Shown here: positions 1 to 9,712 of the stretch, piece after piece | Layout: every line of letters begins with the position of its first letter | Position numbering within the stretch: the stretch's first letter is position 1 | Assembly (NCBI GenBank): GCA_963666285.1 | Contig: OY762711.1 | From: Sedimentisphaerales bacterium | GTDB lineage: Bacteria; Planctomycetota; Phycisphaerae; Sedimentisphaerales; SM23-30 | Length of the DNA: 64,000 nucleotides | Reading direction: 5' to 3' (one strand) | Made by a program: the position numbers and the translations under genes | The notes under the pieces: model-generated | The model's input: only the letters and a program-made list of their open reading frames with translations | Databases searched by the model: none | What the model was told of the DNA's origin: nothing

Positions 1-682
1 TTATAATGATAAAATAACCCGGATATTCCAAAATGAGTACTTGAGCCCTCGTTCTCCTTATTGTTCGCTGGCAATTCCAAAGCAGGGTATAGGCAGCTGG
101 TGTAATTTTGCTAAAACTTTTGAGGTTGACGATTCCGGCATACGTCAGGCGGCGAAATCGGGGCTGTTTGAATTGCCGCAGGGTGTGTCCTTTAAGCTGC
201 CGTTGGATAGTAATAAAGCGAATTGCATATTTACTACCCAGTGGGATAATTATCCCGATTCTATCGATATTTCTCTTTCAGGTAAAGGCAGGCATTTGTA
301 TCTGCTTATGGCCGGCTCAACTAATTCCATGCAAAGCCGGTTTGATAACGGAGAAGTTATTGTAACTTATACGGATGGTACTGCCCAAAGGCTGGCTCTT
401 TGCAACCCTTCAACCTGGTGGCCTATCGATCAGGATTATTTTATTGATGACTATGGTTTTAAGCGTCCGGACTCTATTCCTCCGCGAATAGACCTGAAGA
501 CAGGAAAGGTCAGGGTTTATAATTTAAGCGAATTTAAAGGTAAGGGGGGCGAGGTGCCAGGCGGGGCCGCTACAGTTCTTGACTTACCGCTTGATGATGG
601 CAAAGAATTAGATAAGTTAACAGTACGAGCTCTTGCCAATGAGGTTATTATTGGCTTAATGAGCGCAACTATTGTCAGATAA
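1..682 (+). CDS. C-terminal part of a DUF4450-type protein (5'-truncated by the window edge), a family recalled from Bacteroidetes pectin loci
   Basis: Frame open from base 2 (YNDKITRIFQNEYLSPRSPY...). Motifs FTTQWDNYPDS, YLLMAGSTNSMQS and VTYTDG...NPSTWWPIDQD match my recollection of DUF4450 C-termini. Confidence 0.65.
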   Translation, partial: YNDKITRIFQNEYLSPRSPYCSLAIPKQGIGSWCNFAKTFEVDDSGIRQAAKSGLFELPQGVSFKLPLDSNKANCIFTTQWDNYPDSIDISLSGKGRHLYLLMAGSTNSMQSRFDNGEVIVTYTDGTAQRLALCNPSTWWPIDQDYFIDDYGFKRPDSIPPRIDLKTGKVRVYNLSEFKGKGGEVPGGAATVLDLPLDDGKELDKLTVRALANEVIIGLMSATIVR

Positions 683-693
683 AGGTTATTACA

Positions 694-2370
694 ATGAGAA
701 ACAAGGCGTATATTAGCGTATTTTTAATACTTGTGATTTCATTTTCTGCTTTTGGAAGAGGGTTTCCATGGCAGCGTTACAGGGCTAAATCGGATTCCTG
801 GTATAAAACAGAAGAAGCCCGGCAGGTAACTGAAAATGTACTGGCGTCCCAGGATGAGTATGGTTCATGGCCGAAAAATATTAATACTGCCATGCAGATA
901 CCTGCTGATACAGAAGAAGACCTGAGAGGCACATTTGATAATAGCGCAACCACCGGAGAAATGAGATTTTTAGCCCATGCGTTTAATGTTACCGGAGATA
1001 AACGCTGTAAGGATTCATTTATTAAGGGGCTTGATCTGATATTTAAGGCACAATATCCTACCGGAGGCTGGCCGCAGCGATATCCGCCAGGAAAATACTA
1101 TCACAGGCACATTACCTTCAATGATGGTGCCATGGTCAGGCTTATGGATTTTCTCAGGGAAGTATATACTTCGAGTGACTATGAATTCATTGGTGATGAC
1201 CGTAGGGAATCTGCCCGAAAGGCATTTGATCGCGGCATAGAATGTATCTTAAAGTGTCAGATTAAAGTAAATGGTAAGCTTACCGTATGGTGTGCTCAGC
1301 ATGATGAAATTGATTACAGCCCCCGACCGGCCCGGTCATATGAGCTGGTTTCACTCAGTGGTGGCGAAAGTGCTGATATTCTAAAGCTGCTTATGAGCAT
1401 CGAACCGCCGACACCGGAAATTGTTAAGTCTGTTTCTGCTGCTGTACAGTGGTATCATGGATCATCAATAGACGGTCTGAAACTAATAAGGGCCGGCGGC
1501 AAGTTCCTTGTTGACAAAAATCCGGATGCCAAACCTGTTTGGGCCCGGTTTTATGAGATTGAAACGAATCGTCCATTCTTTTGTGATCGTGACGGCATAA
1601 GAAAATATAACTATAATGAAATAGATCAGGAACGAAGTACCAGTTACGCCTGGTACGGTCAGTGGGGAGAAGAAGTTTTTGGCTACTATGAAAAATGGTC
1701 GGAGAAATGGTCTCATTTATTGTTGCCGGAAGGGACAAAGATAATTGCTATTATTGGTGATTCAACGGTTTGCGATTACCCGAAAGAGGGCGTTAGACGA
1801 GGCTGGGGGCAATTTATCCAGGAATATCTGGATGATTCTCTTAGAGTTTATAATTTTGCTAAAAGCGGTCGCAGTACAAAAACTTTTATCAAAGAAGGGC
1901 TATGGGAACATACTCTTGCTGTAAAACCGGCATATATTCTGATCCAATTTGGCCATAATGACTCGCACGCCCCGGAAAACCCGGAATCAACCGATGCTAA
2001 TAGTGATTATCGTGAGTATTTGCGTCAATATATAGACCAGGCTCGTAATATTGGTGCAGTTCCGGTATTAGTTACCCCTATGTATCGCCGTAAATTTGAC
2101 GATGAAGGTAAAATCAAAGATAATTTGCTGCCCTATGCGAATGCAATGAAAAGTGTTGCCCAAGAGAAAAATGTGCCGCTTATTGATCTAAATACTGCCA
2201 GTGAAAAGCTTTATCTCAAGCTTGGCCCGGAAAAGGTAGTAGAGTTTGCTAACTCTTCAACTGACCAGACTCATTTCAACCAGAATGGGGCAAGAGTTAT
2301 GGCCGAACTGGTAATGGAGCAGTTACCAGTAGTTGAATCTTCCATAAAGCAATATCTCAAACAAGATTAA
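694..2370 (+). CDS. Secreted bifunctional pectate lyase (PL10, PelA/Pel-15E type) fused to a CE12 SGNH rhamnogalacturonan/pectin acetylesterase
   Basis: Signal peptide. PL10 motifs GSWPKN, TFDNSAT, GGWPQ, ITFNDGAM, WCAQHD, ARSYE, WARFYE. C-terminal SGNH motifs GDSTV, GWGQ, SGRSTKTF, QFGHND, DQTHF. Confidence 0.9.
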   Translation: MRNKAYISVFLILVISFSAFGRGFPWQRYRAKSDSWYKTEEARQVTENVLASQDEYGSWPKNINTAMQIPADTEEDLRGTFDNSATTGEMRFLAHAFNVTGDKRCKDSFIKGLDLIFKAQYPTGGWPQRYPPGKYYHRHITFNDGAMVRLMDFLREVYTSSDYEFIGDDRRESARKAFDRGIECILKCQIKVNGKLTVWCAQHDEIDYSPRPARSYELVSLSGGESADILKLLMSIEPPTPEIVKSVSAAVQWYHGSSIDGLKLIRAGGKFLVDKNPDAKPVWARFYEIETNRPFFCDRDGIRKYNYNEIDQERSTSYAWYGQWGEEVFGYYEKWSEKWSHLLLPEGTKIIAIIGDSTVCDYPKEGVRRGWGQFIQEYLDDSLRVYNFAKSGRSTKTFIKEGLWEHTLAVKPAYILIQFGHNDSHAPENPESTDANSDYREYLRQYIDQARNIGAVPVLVTPMYRRKFDDEGKIKDNLLPYANAMKSVAQEKNVPLIDLNTASEKLYLKLGPEKVVEFANSSTDQTHFNQNGARVMAELVMEQLPVVESSIKQYLKQD

Positions 2371-2983
2371 ATGCGTCATATGGGAAATATAGGAAATCTG
2401 TTATCTTACATATAGGAGCTAGCTAGATTACCGTATTACCATCTTTTAACACCTCTAGCTAATTATGGCATGATACAAATAAGATAAAATTCAATATAAC
2501 TATAATCATTTGTTGAAATATACAAGATAACAATTTATAGACAATTTGTCGTATTGTAACCCTTTCACAGAGTTACTGTTCCTGCGCGAAATTGAGTAAA
2601 ATAATTCGCTTTTTGATGGTTTTCTGCATGTATGTGTAATTATGGATTATTAAAGTTTAGTATACATTTCAAGAAGTATGCTTTTCAATTATTCCACGTG
2701 TAATATATATGTTCTTATAACCATTTTTTTACACGTAGAAGGTTCATAATTGGATATGTTCTGTTTACGTAAGAAATTACATATACTATTTGCGCGAAAT
2801 ACACTTTTATTGTTCGTTATATTAGCTTGTTTTGGTGATATTAATTGCCGATAATGGTGACATAAGCTTAAGGAATTTTCTTTTTTATTTTTATAAGTTT
2901 TCATTCTCGAGAAATCGTATGTCTTTTGCCATATCCATATGCAAAAGAGAAGTTATTCAAATATTTTTTGGAGGTATTTATTG

Positions 2984-5179
2984 ATGGTTAGAAGATTTTG
3001 TTTTGGAATGTTTCTTGTCTTTTCCCTCGCAGTTTTATGTAATTCTGCATCTGCTATTACTGATCCGAATATGATCACAGGTATTGCTAAGACTAATAGC
3101 GTTGCTGAAGAAGATCTGTTAATTCACAATGGTGGTTTGCAGGTAGATGCGGTATCACATGTTGACCGTACTTTTGTCATTACAGATACCGGAGCGTTAG
3201 GTGGTATTGATTATGTCCAAACAGCAGTTGATGACAAAACAAATGCTAGTTTACAATATGATGTAACCGTTGACACAGCCGGTAAGCTACTACTGCTGTT
3301 TGATAATCGCGTAAATGGTGACGGTTCTAAAGATGCAACTACTCCACCGGATCTAAGTGGCATTACTGAAGCTGCCTGGGTCGAAAATGATGGTTTTGTT
3401 CAAACTGCATATCAGATTGTTGTTAATGATGTTCCTATGACTGCTTATGTTAAAGATGTTACTGCCGGTACTTACTCTACTTATTCTCAGGGTACAAGTA
3501 GCAGCTATGTTACTTACCTTATTGCAGCTGTTCCAGATGGCTACAATCTGCCTCCAGTGGTAGCAGGTGTACCAGAAAATGCTTCAATTGCTCCAGGTGA
3601 AACTCTTGATATAGATGCAACAGCAACAGATTTGTTTGGATCAAATACAAATCTGACTTTCAGCTGGGTCAAAACATCAGGTGATGCCGTTACTTTTTCA
3701 CCAAATACCGGTTCTGAAGATGTATCGGTTTCTTTTGCTGCTGAAGGTGAATATACTTTGCAGTTGACAGTTACTGATGGTAATAATACACAGGTTGTTA
3801 AAACCATTGCCGTTTCTGTAGAAATTCCTAAGTTTGAGCTTGATATAGCTCAACATATTGAAGTTGGTAATGACAATAAAATGAGTTCTACCAGCCATAA
3901 TACTAGTACTCCTATGAATATTAGAAATTACAATGGTACAGATCAATGGAGACATCGTGTAACATACTTGAAATTTGATATTTCTTCTTTGAAGGAAGAA
4001 GGGAAAGCTTTTGCCAATACCTTTATCAATTTCTATTATCGTAAAGGCTCATCTTCGGCTTCTATGTATGTTTATGGCTTAAAAGAAGACCTTGATGATG
4101 TTGATTTAAGTTCAGGCACCTGGGCAAATATGCCGGGCGTTCAAAATAGTCCGGTTCCGGATTATACTACCCCAATTACTATCGACAGTGTTGATCTTGC
4201 AGATCTTTCTCCGGTATTGCTAGAGGTCCATGGCTTCCAGGCCGATGAAACTATAGATAGCTACCATAAATGGTGTGCAACTGATACAGCAGCCGGTTTG
4301 GATGAATTTATGAATGCTGATTCCGACGGTATTGTTATTTTAATGCTGGTTACTTTTGCTGAAAGTCCTGACTTTGAAATTTGGAGTGAAACCTATCTGT
4401 CTGGCAATATCATTGAACCTGATTATGCTACTGGTCCTACACCTACTATCAACGAAGAAGTTGGTGCTGACCTTCCTCAGTTGTCATGGAATAATCCTTC
4501 TGGTGAAGGCACAATTACATCTGATGTTTATATTGCTGAAGGTATTTGTGAGCCAAATGATGTAATTGGTAATGGTGATGGATTTGAGTCATTAGTTGAA
4601 GATACTACAGATACATTTGTAGCTCTTGAAGAAGGAGATATAGTTGGCGGCACAGCTTACAGCTGGTTGGTAGTATCAACAGATAGTGCGACCGGAACTC
4701 CTGTAAGAGGTCCTGTCTGGACATTTAGTGTTGTTTCAGATCTGGCTCCGGAAGTTAACATTGTTAATGATACCGAATATATCTGGTACGGCAATACCGA
4801 TAATGCGGCATATGCTGAGGTTACACTGGTAGGTGAAGTTAGTGATGACCACGATACTGTTACTCCTCTGTGGGAAGATGTATCTGATAATGGAGGTAAT
4901 GTAATTCCTGCTGGTGAAGAAAACAGTTCTTCTATCACTCTTCAGCTTGCTGATGTTGGTACTTATACCATTAAGCTTAGTGCTACAGATAATTCAGAGC
5001 AGACTTCTTATGATTCTGTAACAATCGTAGTTGCTGAAACCGCTTGTGATGCTGCCAAGGAAGTACCTGGCTATGAAGCGAATCCGGCCGACTTAAACAA
5101 TGATTGTAAGGTCAATTTTGCCGACTTTGTTAAATTGGCAGAGTCTTGGCTGGACTGTAATTCTTTGGATTGTGACTAA
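2984..5179 (+). CDS. Secreted non-catalytic multidomain protein (PKD/Ig-like repeats, DNRLRE-like module, Fn3-like module, C-terminal dockerin-like repeat)
   Basis: GGAGG RBS before ATG 2984 (ORF track starts at 2939). Signal peptide. GEYTLQLTVTDG and GTYTIKLSATD PKD-like ends; RVTYLKFDISSL; C-terminal ADLNNDCKVNFADFVKLAESWL. Confidence 0.75.
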   Translation: MVRRFCFGMFLVFSLAVLCNSASAITDPNMITGIAKTNSVAEEDLLIHNGGLQVDAVSHVDRTFVITDTGALGGIDYVQTAVDDKTNASLQYDVTVDTAGKLLLLFDNRVNGDGSKDATTPPDLSGITEAAWVENDGFVQTAYQIVVNDVPMTAYVKDVTAGTYSTYSQGTSSSYVTYLIAAVPDGYNLPPVVAGVPENASIAPGETLDIDATATDLFGSNTNLTFSWVKTSGDAVTFSPNTGSEDVSVSFAAEGEYTLQLTVTDGNNTQVVKTIAVSVEIPKFELDIAQHIEVGNDNKMSSTSHNTSTPMNIRNYNGTDQWRHRVTYLKFDISSLKEEGKAFANTFINFYYRKGSSSASMYVYGLKEDLDDVDLSSGTWANMPGVQNSPVPDYTTPITIDSVDLADLSPVLLEVHGFQADETIDSYHKWCATDTAAGLDEFMNADSDGIVILMLVTFAESPDFEIWSETYLSGNIIEPDYATGPTPTINEEVGADLPQLSWNNPSGEGTITSDVYIAEGICEPNDVIGNGDGFESLVEDTTDTFVALEEGDIVGGTAYSWLVVSTDSATGTPVRGPVWTFSVVSDLAPEVNIVNDTEYIWYGNTDNAAYAEVTLVGEVSDDHDTVTPLWEDVSDNGGNVIPAGEENSSSITLQLADVGTYTIKLSATDNSEQTSYDSVTIVVAETACDAAKEVPGYEANPADLNNDCKVNFADFVKLAESWLDCNSLDCD

Positions 5180-5220
5180 TATTACTATTGTTTTTTGATA
5201 GTAAGTAATGATGAATAGTA

Positions 5221-5273
5221 TGGTGGCCGGGCACAGTAATGTGTCTGGCCACTGCTATATAATTGTTTTTTTT
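5221..5273 (+). terminator. GC-rich hairpin (terminator or mRNA 3' stabiliser) after the 2984 gene
   Basis: GGTGGCCGGGCAC-agtaat-GTGTCTGGCCACT stem with a T-run about 10 nt downstream. Confidence 0.6.
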
Positions 5274-5368
5274 GACACATCTTGGGGTGAAGTTGGGCTG
5301 TTTTATCGTGAGCTGGTGGAGCTTGCATGTTAAAGAGAATCTTAATTTATAGAGTAGAGCGTTAAGAA

Positions 5369-8300
5369 ATGAAATTAAAAGGGATAGTGTTTATTATATT
5401 ATTATTTTTTTGTACCGGTTCTTTGTTTGCTGATGTCAGCTGGAATGCCAGTTCAGGAGATTGGGAATCCGATGGTAACTGGAGTACCGGAAGTAAACCA
5501 GATGGCACCCAGAATATCGTTATTGGGTACAGTTCATCTTCTGTATGTACTCTGGATACAGATGAAGGCATGCTGGGAGTTCGAAGTTATGTTAAAAACG
5601 GACAGACATTAAGGATCGTAAGCGGCGGCAGATTTGGCACTACCTGGACAAGGTGGGCTGATGGTTCTTCGGCAACGATAAATATGTCGGGTACCGGCAC
5701 ATACCAGATGAACGATGATGACCTGTACGTCGGTTTTGCCGGTGGTAATTGCGTTCTAACGATGAGTGACTCAAGCACTATTACTATTAACGATGATACT
5801 GATGATGAAGAAGAGCTTTATATTGCCTGTGGCGGTGATGCTTTGTTCCGGCTTAACGGTTCGAATCTTACCGTTGAGACAGATCAGTTATTTATCAGCC
5901 GTATGCGTTTTGGCGAAACATATGGGGTCGCTACCTTGGAATATGTTATGGATGCAGGCGGAGCGAGCCCAATCGTAACAAAATACTGCTATTTGGGTGA
6001 AGCAGGAATTTCCGGAACTGCAAATTTAGTTGTATCATCAGCTTCTAACCTGGCTGAAGAAGATATTGTACTTATTGATGTTACCTATACTTCGGCTATT
6101 ACCGGTAATGGTGTTTTTGATACCTTAAATGGTGGTGCCGCTTCTGAAGGTACTGAGATTCTTTTAGGAAACAATGTTTATGCTCTGACATATCAATATG
6201 ATGCTGAAAATGATGGAGCTGATAATGATGTTGCTCTGGAATTTGTCAGGTCAGCAGATTATATGGCAAAATCACCAGCCCCGGAAAATTCGGCTGTGTT
6301 GGGAATGAGCCCGTCAGTTTTAAGTTGGACAACTCCAGAACCGGCTGATGGCAGCAGCTCTGTTATCTGTATTGTATATTTCGGAAAGCAAATGAATCGT
6401 TCGGCTATGGATGCTGCAATAGCTCCGGAAGGAACTCTTTCAATTGAAATTTCAGCAGATAATTTCCCAGTTTATGGCAAAAAAAATCTTGATGACTTGA
6501 ATACATACTATTGGGTGGTTGATTGTTTGGATACCAGTGAAGGAGCTAGCACTGATGATGGAAAGGGACTTTTCTGGACCTTCTCAATTGACTACAGTCT
6601 GCCGCCGTATCCTTATGCAACTGAGCCTTCACCTGCTGTTAACAGTTCGGTAGACCCAGAGAGTATATTATCATGGCAGCCTGGCGAAAATTCTATCCGT
6701 AGTGAAGTTTATTTCGGGACAAGCTCTGATGCCGTCAGCAATGCCCAAAGATTAAATGGTGATATAGATGGTGATGGTACGGTTGACCTTTTAGACTTGA
6801 ACAGCCTGGTACAGCAATGGCTGGGAACTCCTTCCTGTGTCGGTTTATATGGAGAAGGAACAGTTGATATGTCAGACTTTAATGCTGTTAGTAAAGAGTG
6901 GCAGAATTCAGCAGATTCGACTTTTCTTGGTTCTACTTCAGGTTCTATGGTTGACCCCGGTGTTCTGAATAATAATACTTATTATTACTGGCGTGTAGAT
7001 TCTGTTAATTGTGACGGTGTTGAGGCAGGAGAGGTATGGAGATTCAAGACAAAGCTACCGGCATTTCCGGGTGCTGACGGTTTCGGAAAATGGGCGACCG
7101 GTGGTCGCGGCGGCAGTGTATATCATGTTACCAACTTGAATGATTCCGGTGAAGGGTCATTCCGTGATGCGGTCAGCGGTACAAACCGGACAATTGTTTT
7201 TGATGTAGGCGGAATTATTAATATCGACGAAAGAATAGTAATGAGCAAGGATATTACTATTGCCGGTCAGACAGCACCTGGTGAAGGTATTATGATATAC
7301 GGCAATGGTGTTTCTTATACTGATGCTAACCGAACAATTACTCGGTACATGCGTTATCGAATGGGAAGATATGGTACTGCTGATAAAGATGCCGTTGCTA
7401 TTGCAGACGGTACTAATATGATATTTGACCATTGTTCGGTAGCGTGGGGCAGGGATGAAAACTTCTCCATTAGCGGCGGAACAGGTGAGTCTCCGGGGCT
7501 GATCACAATCCAGGATTCTATTATTGCCCAGGGGCTTGTCGATCACTCATGTGGCGGATTAATTCGCTGTTTTGAAGGTGGTGTGAGTATTATCCGTACA
7601 CTTTATATTGATAGTGATACTCGAAATCCTCAAGTTCGTGGTATAAATGAATTTATTAATAATGTCGTTTATAATTGGGATGATGCGGCCTATTCAATGG
7701 GTAAATCCTCTGAAGCTATATCGTATGCTAACGTATTTAATAATTATATGATTAAAGGGCCGAATTCTGATGCTGTCCCATACAATTGGGGTGCTCCCGG
7801 ATTTCATATTTATCCTGAAGGTAACATGTATGATAGTGACCGGGACGGGATATTGGATGGATATCTTTTATCTGATTCCTCCTATTCTGACCAGGAAGCA
7901 ACGGTTGTATCTCAGCCGTATGATTATCCCTCTGTGAATACAATGCTGAGTGCTTCAGCTTCTGTTAAATATGTAGCTTCTCAATCTGGTGCTTCATTCC
8001 CGGCAAGAGACCATACTGATAAATATTTGTATAATGATTTATTGTCTTTTGGAACCAGCGGGCAGCTGATATCAAACGAGAATGATTCTCCATTGTACGG
8101 TGTTGGTACTTTAGAAAATGGTCATAATCCAATAGATACCGATCAGGACGGCATACCTGATTACTGGGAAGATACCGTTGCCGGTCTCAATAAATATAAT
8201 GCGGATAATAATGGCGATGTTGACGGTGATGGATATACCAACCTGGAAAATTATATCAACTGGTTAGGTGCCCCGCATGCAAACGTGCAAAAGAATGTAA

Positions 8301-9697
8301 CTAGTGAAATTGAATTGAACAAGTTTACTTCTGGGTTTACCGATAGTGCTGCATTTACTATTACTAACGTAACTCATGGCAGTGCCGTTATGCTTTCGGA
8401 TGGTTTTGCCGCAAATTATACGCCGGAAGATGATTATACTGGTTTCGCCGAACTGACATTTACAGTTGATGATGGTGATGTCGTATCAATAACTGTTAGC
8501 CTTTTTGTTTCTGAATATGGCGGAGTGCCTCTTGCTCCGTTTTATCCGACTAACCTTGAGAATGGTTTGGAATACAATTATTATGAAGGCAGCTGGGTTT
8601 ATTTGCCAGACTTCAGTTCTTTGACAGCTGTTGAAAGCGGCAACTGCTCAGACTTTGATATTGGCTTAAATGAAAAAGAAGATGGTTTTGGCTACGAATA
8701 TGAAGCCCTGATTGATATTCCGACTGATGGTCTTTATACATTCTATCTTGTATCTGACGATGGCAGCCGTTTATATATTGATGATGGCGTCGTTGTCAGT
8801 CATAATGGAGTACATGGCTCAACCAGGGCTCATGGCAAAATTGCTCTTTTAGCCGGTATGCACAAGATACGCGTTACATATTTTGATTACAGTGGCGATC
8901 AGAATCTTGTCGTCGGATGGGCTGGTCCGGGATTTGCCAAAGGAAAAATTCCTGCTACCTCCCTGTATCGTGGTGCGGTTGACATTGTGCCACCTGCAAA
9001 ACCGGATGGTTTATGGGTGTTCGGCAGTAATAACTATGTAGAATTAGCATGGGATGATAATACCGAGAGTGATTTATTAGGCTACAATGTGTATCGAACA
9101 ACCACCACCGGCACATCTTACGTTAAGCTGACAGATGAACCGATATCTGCTTCCGGTTATAATGACTCAGAAGTTACAAACTCTGTATTTTATTACTATA
9201 TTGTCACGGCAGTTGATACTTCATATAATGAATCAGAGGTTACCTATGAAGCTTTTGCTCAGCCTGTCAGCAGTGGCATGAGTATTGGTATCCAGGAAAA
9301 TATGCTTGGTTACTGCGGAGTGGATGATGGCGGCAGTGTTGATAATAATAATGCTGGTTTTACCGGCTATGGTTTCATTAATACGGAAAATCTTACCGGT
9401 GAAGGTGCTGACTGGACTGTCTATATTGAAACTGCAGGGAATTATACTCTTACCTGGCGTTATGCCAGCAGCAGCGACAGACCTGCGGATCTATATGTGA
9501 ATGGCTCGCTATCGGTTTCCGGAATCAGTTTCCCGACCACCGGCAGCTGGACTACCTGGAGTCAGGTAAGTCAATCTGTATATTTACCTGCCGGTGTTAC
9601 GTCGATTAGATTGGAAGGCACCACCACAAGTGGCTTAGGTAACATTGATTATATTATGGCAACAGGAGCAAATGTTATCCCTTATACCTGTAATTAG
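5369..9697 (+). CDS. Multimodular PL1 pectate lyase: N-terminal beta-helix-like region, two Fn3-like modules with a nested dockerin, PL1 domain, Ig-like, PA14, Fn3, CBM35
   Basis: AFPGADGFGKWATGGRGG, TIAGQTAPG, IFDHCSVAWGRDE, RNPQVR. PA14 motif YTFYLVSDDGSRLYID. Fn3 motif LAWDDNTESDLLGYNVYR. C-terminal CBM35-like GFTGYGFINTEN...FPTTGSWTTW. Confidence 0.88.
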   Translation: MKLKGIVFIILLFFCTGSLFADVSWNASSGDWESDGNWSTGSKPDGTQNIVIGYSSSSVCTLDTDEGMLGVRSYVKNGQTLRIVSGGRFGTTWTRWADGSSATINMSGTGTYQMNDDDLYVGFAGGNCVLTMSDSSTITINDDTDDEEELYIACGGDALFRLNGSNLTVETDQLFISRMRFGETYGVATLEYVMDAGGASPIVTKYCYLGEAGISGTANLVVSSASNLAEEDIVLIDVTYTSAITGNGVFDTLNGGAASEGTEILLGNNVYALTYQYDAENDGADNDVALEFVRSADYMAKSPAPENSAVLGMSPSVLSWTTPEPADGSSSVICIVYFGKQMNRSAMDAAIAPEGTLSIEISADNFPVYGKKNLDDLNTYYWVVDCLDTSEGASTDDGKGLFWTFSIDYSLPPYPYATEPSPAVNSSVDPESILSWQPGENSIRSEVYFGTSSDAVSNAQRLNGDIDGDGTVDLLDLNSLVQQWLGTPSCVGLYGEGTVDMSDFNAVSKEWQNSADSTFLGSTSGSMVDPGVLNNNTYYYWRVDSVNCDGVEAGEVWRFKTKLPAFPGADGFGKWATGGRGGSVYHVTNLNDSGEGSFRDAVSGTNRTIVFDVGGIINIDERIVMSKDITIAGQTAPGEGIMIYGNGVSYTDANRTITRYMRYRMGRYGTADKDAVAIADGTNMIFDHCSVAWGRDENFSISGGTGESPGLITIQDSIIAQGLVDHSCGGLIRCFEGGVSIIRTLYIDSDTRNPQVRGINEFINNVVYNWDDAAYSMGKSSEAISYANVFNNYMIKGPNSDAVPYNWGAPGFHIYPEGNMYDSDRDGILDGYLLSDSSYSDQEATVVSQPYDYPSVNTMLSASASVKYVASQSGASFPARDHTDKYLYNDLLSFGTSGQLISNENDSPLYGVGTLENGHNPIDTDQDGIPDYWEDTVAGLNKYNADNNGDVDGDGYTNLENYINWLGAPHANVQKNVTSEIELNKFTSGFTDSAAFTITNVTHGSAVMLSDGFAANYTPEDDYTGFAELTFTVDDGDVVSITVSLFVSEYGGVPLAPFYPTNLENGLEYNYYEGSWVYLPDFSSLTAVESGNCSDFDIGLNEKEDGFGYEYEALIDIPTDGLYTFYLVSDDGSRLYIDDGVVVSHNGVHGSTRAHGKIALLAGMHKIRVTYFDYSGDQNLVVGWAGPGFAKGKIPATSLYRGAVDIVPPAKPDGLWVFGSNNYVELAWDDNTESDLLGYNVYRTTTTGTSYVKLTDEPISASGYNDSEVTNSVFYYYIVTAVDTSYNESEVTYEAFAQPVSSGMSIGIQENMLGYCGVDDGGSVDNNNAGFTGYGFINTENLTGEGADWTVYIETAGNYTLTWRYASSSDRPADLYVNGSLSVSGISFPTTGSWTTWSQVSQSVYLPAGVTSIRLEGTTTSGLGNIDYIMATGANVIPYTCN

Positions 9698-9712
9698 TGA
9701 TAGGAGTTAATA

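Noticed and set aside
8135..8265. DTDxDGxPDxWE / DxDGDGYTN motifs as further dockerins (also near 11850 and 13410)
   Set aside because: These are the usual Ca-binding tail of this PL1 group and lack the DFxxxAxxWL helix.
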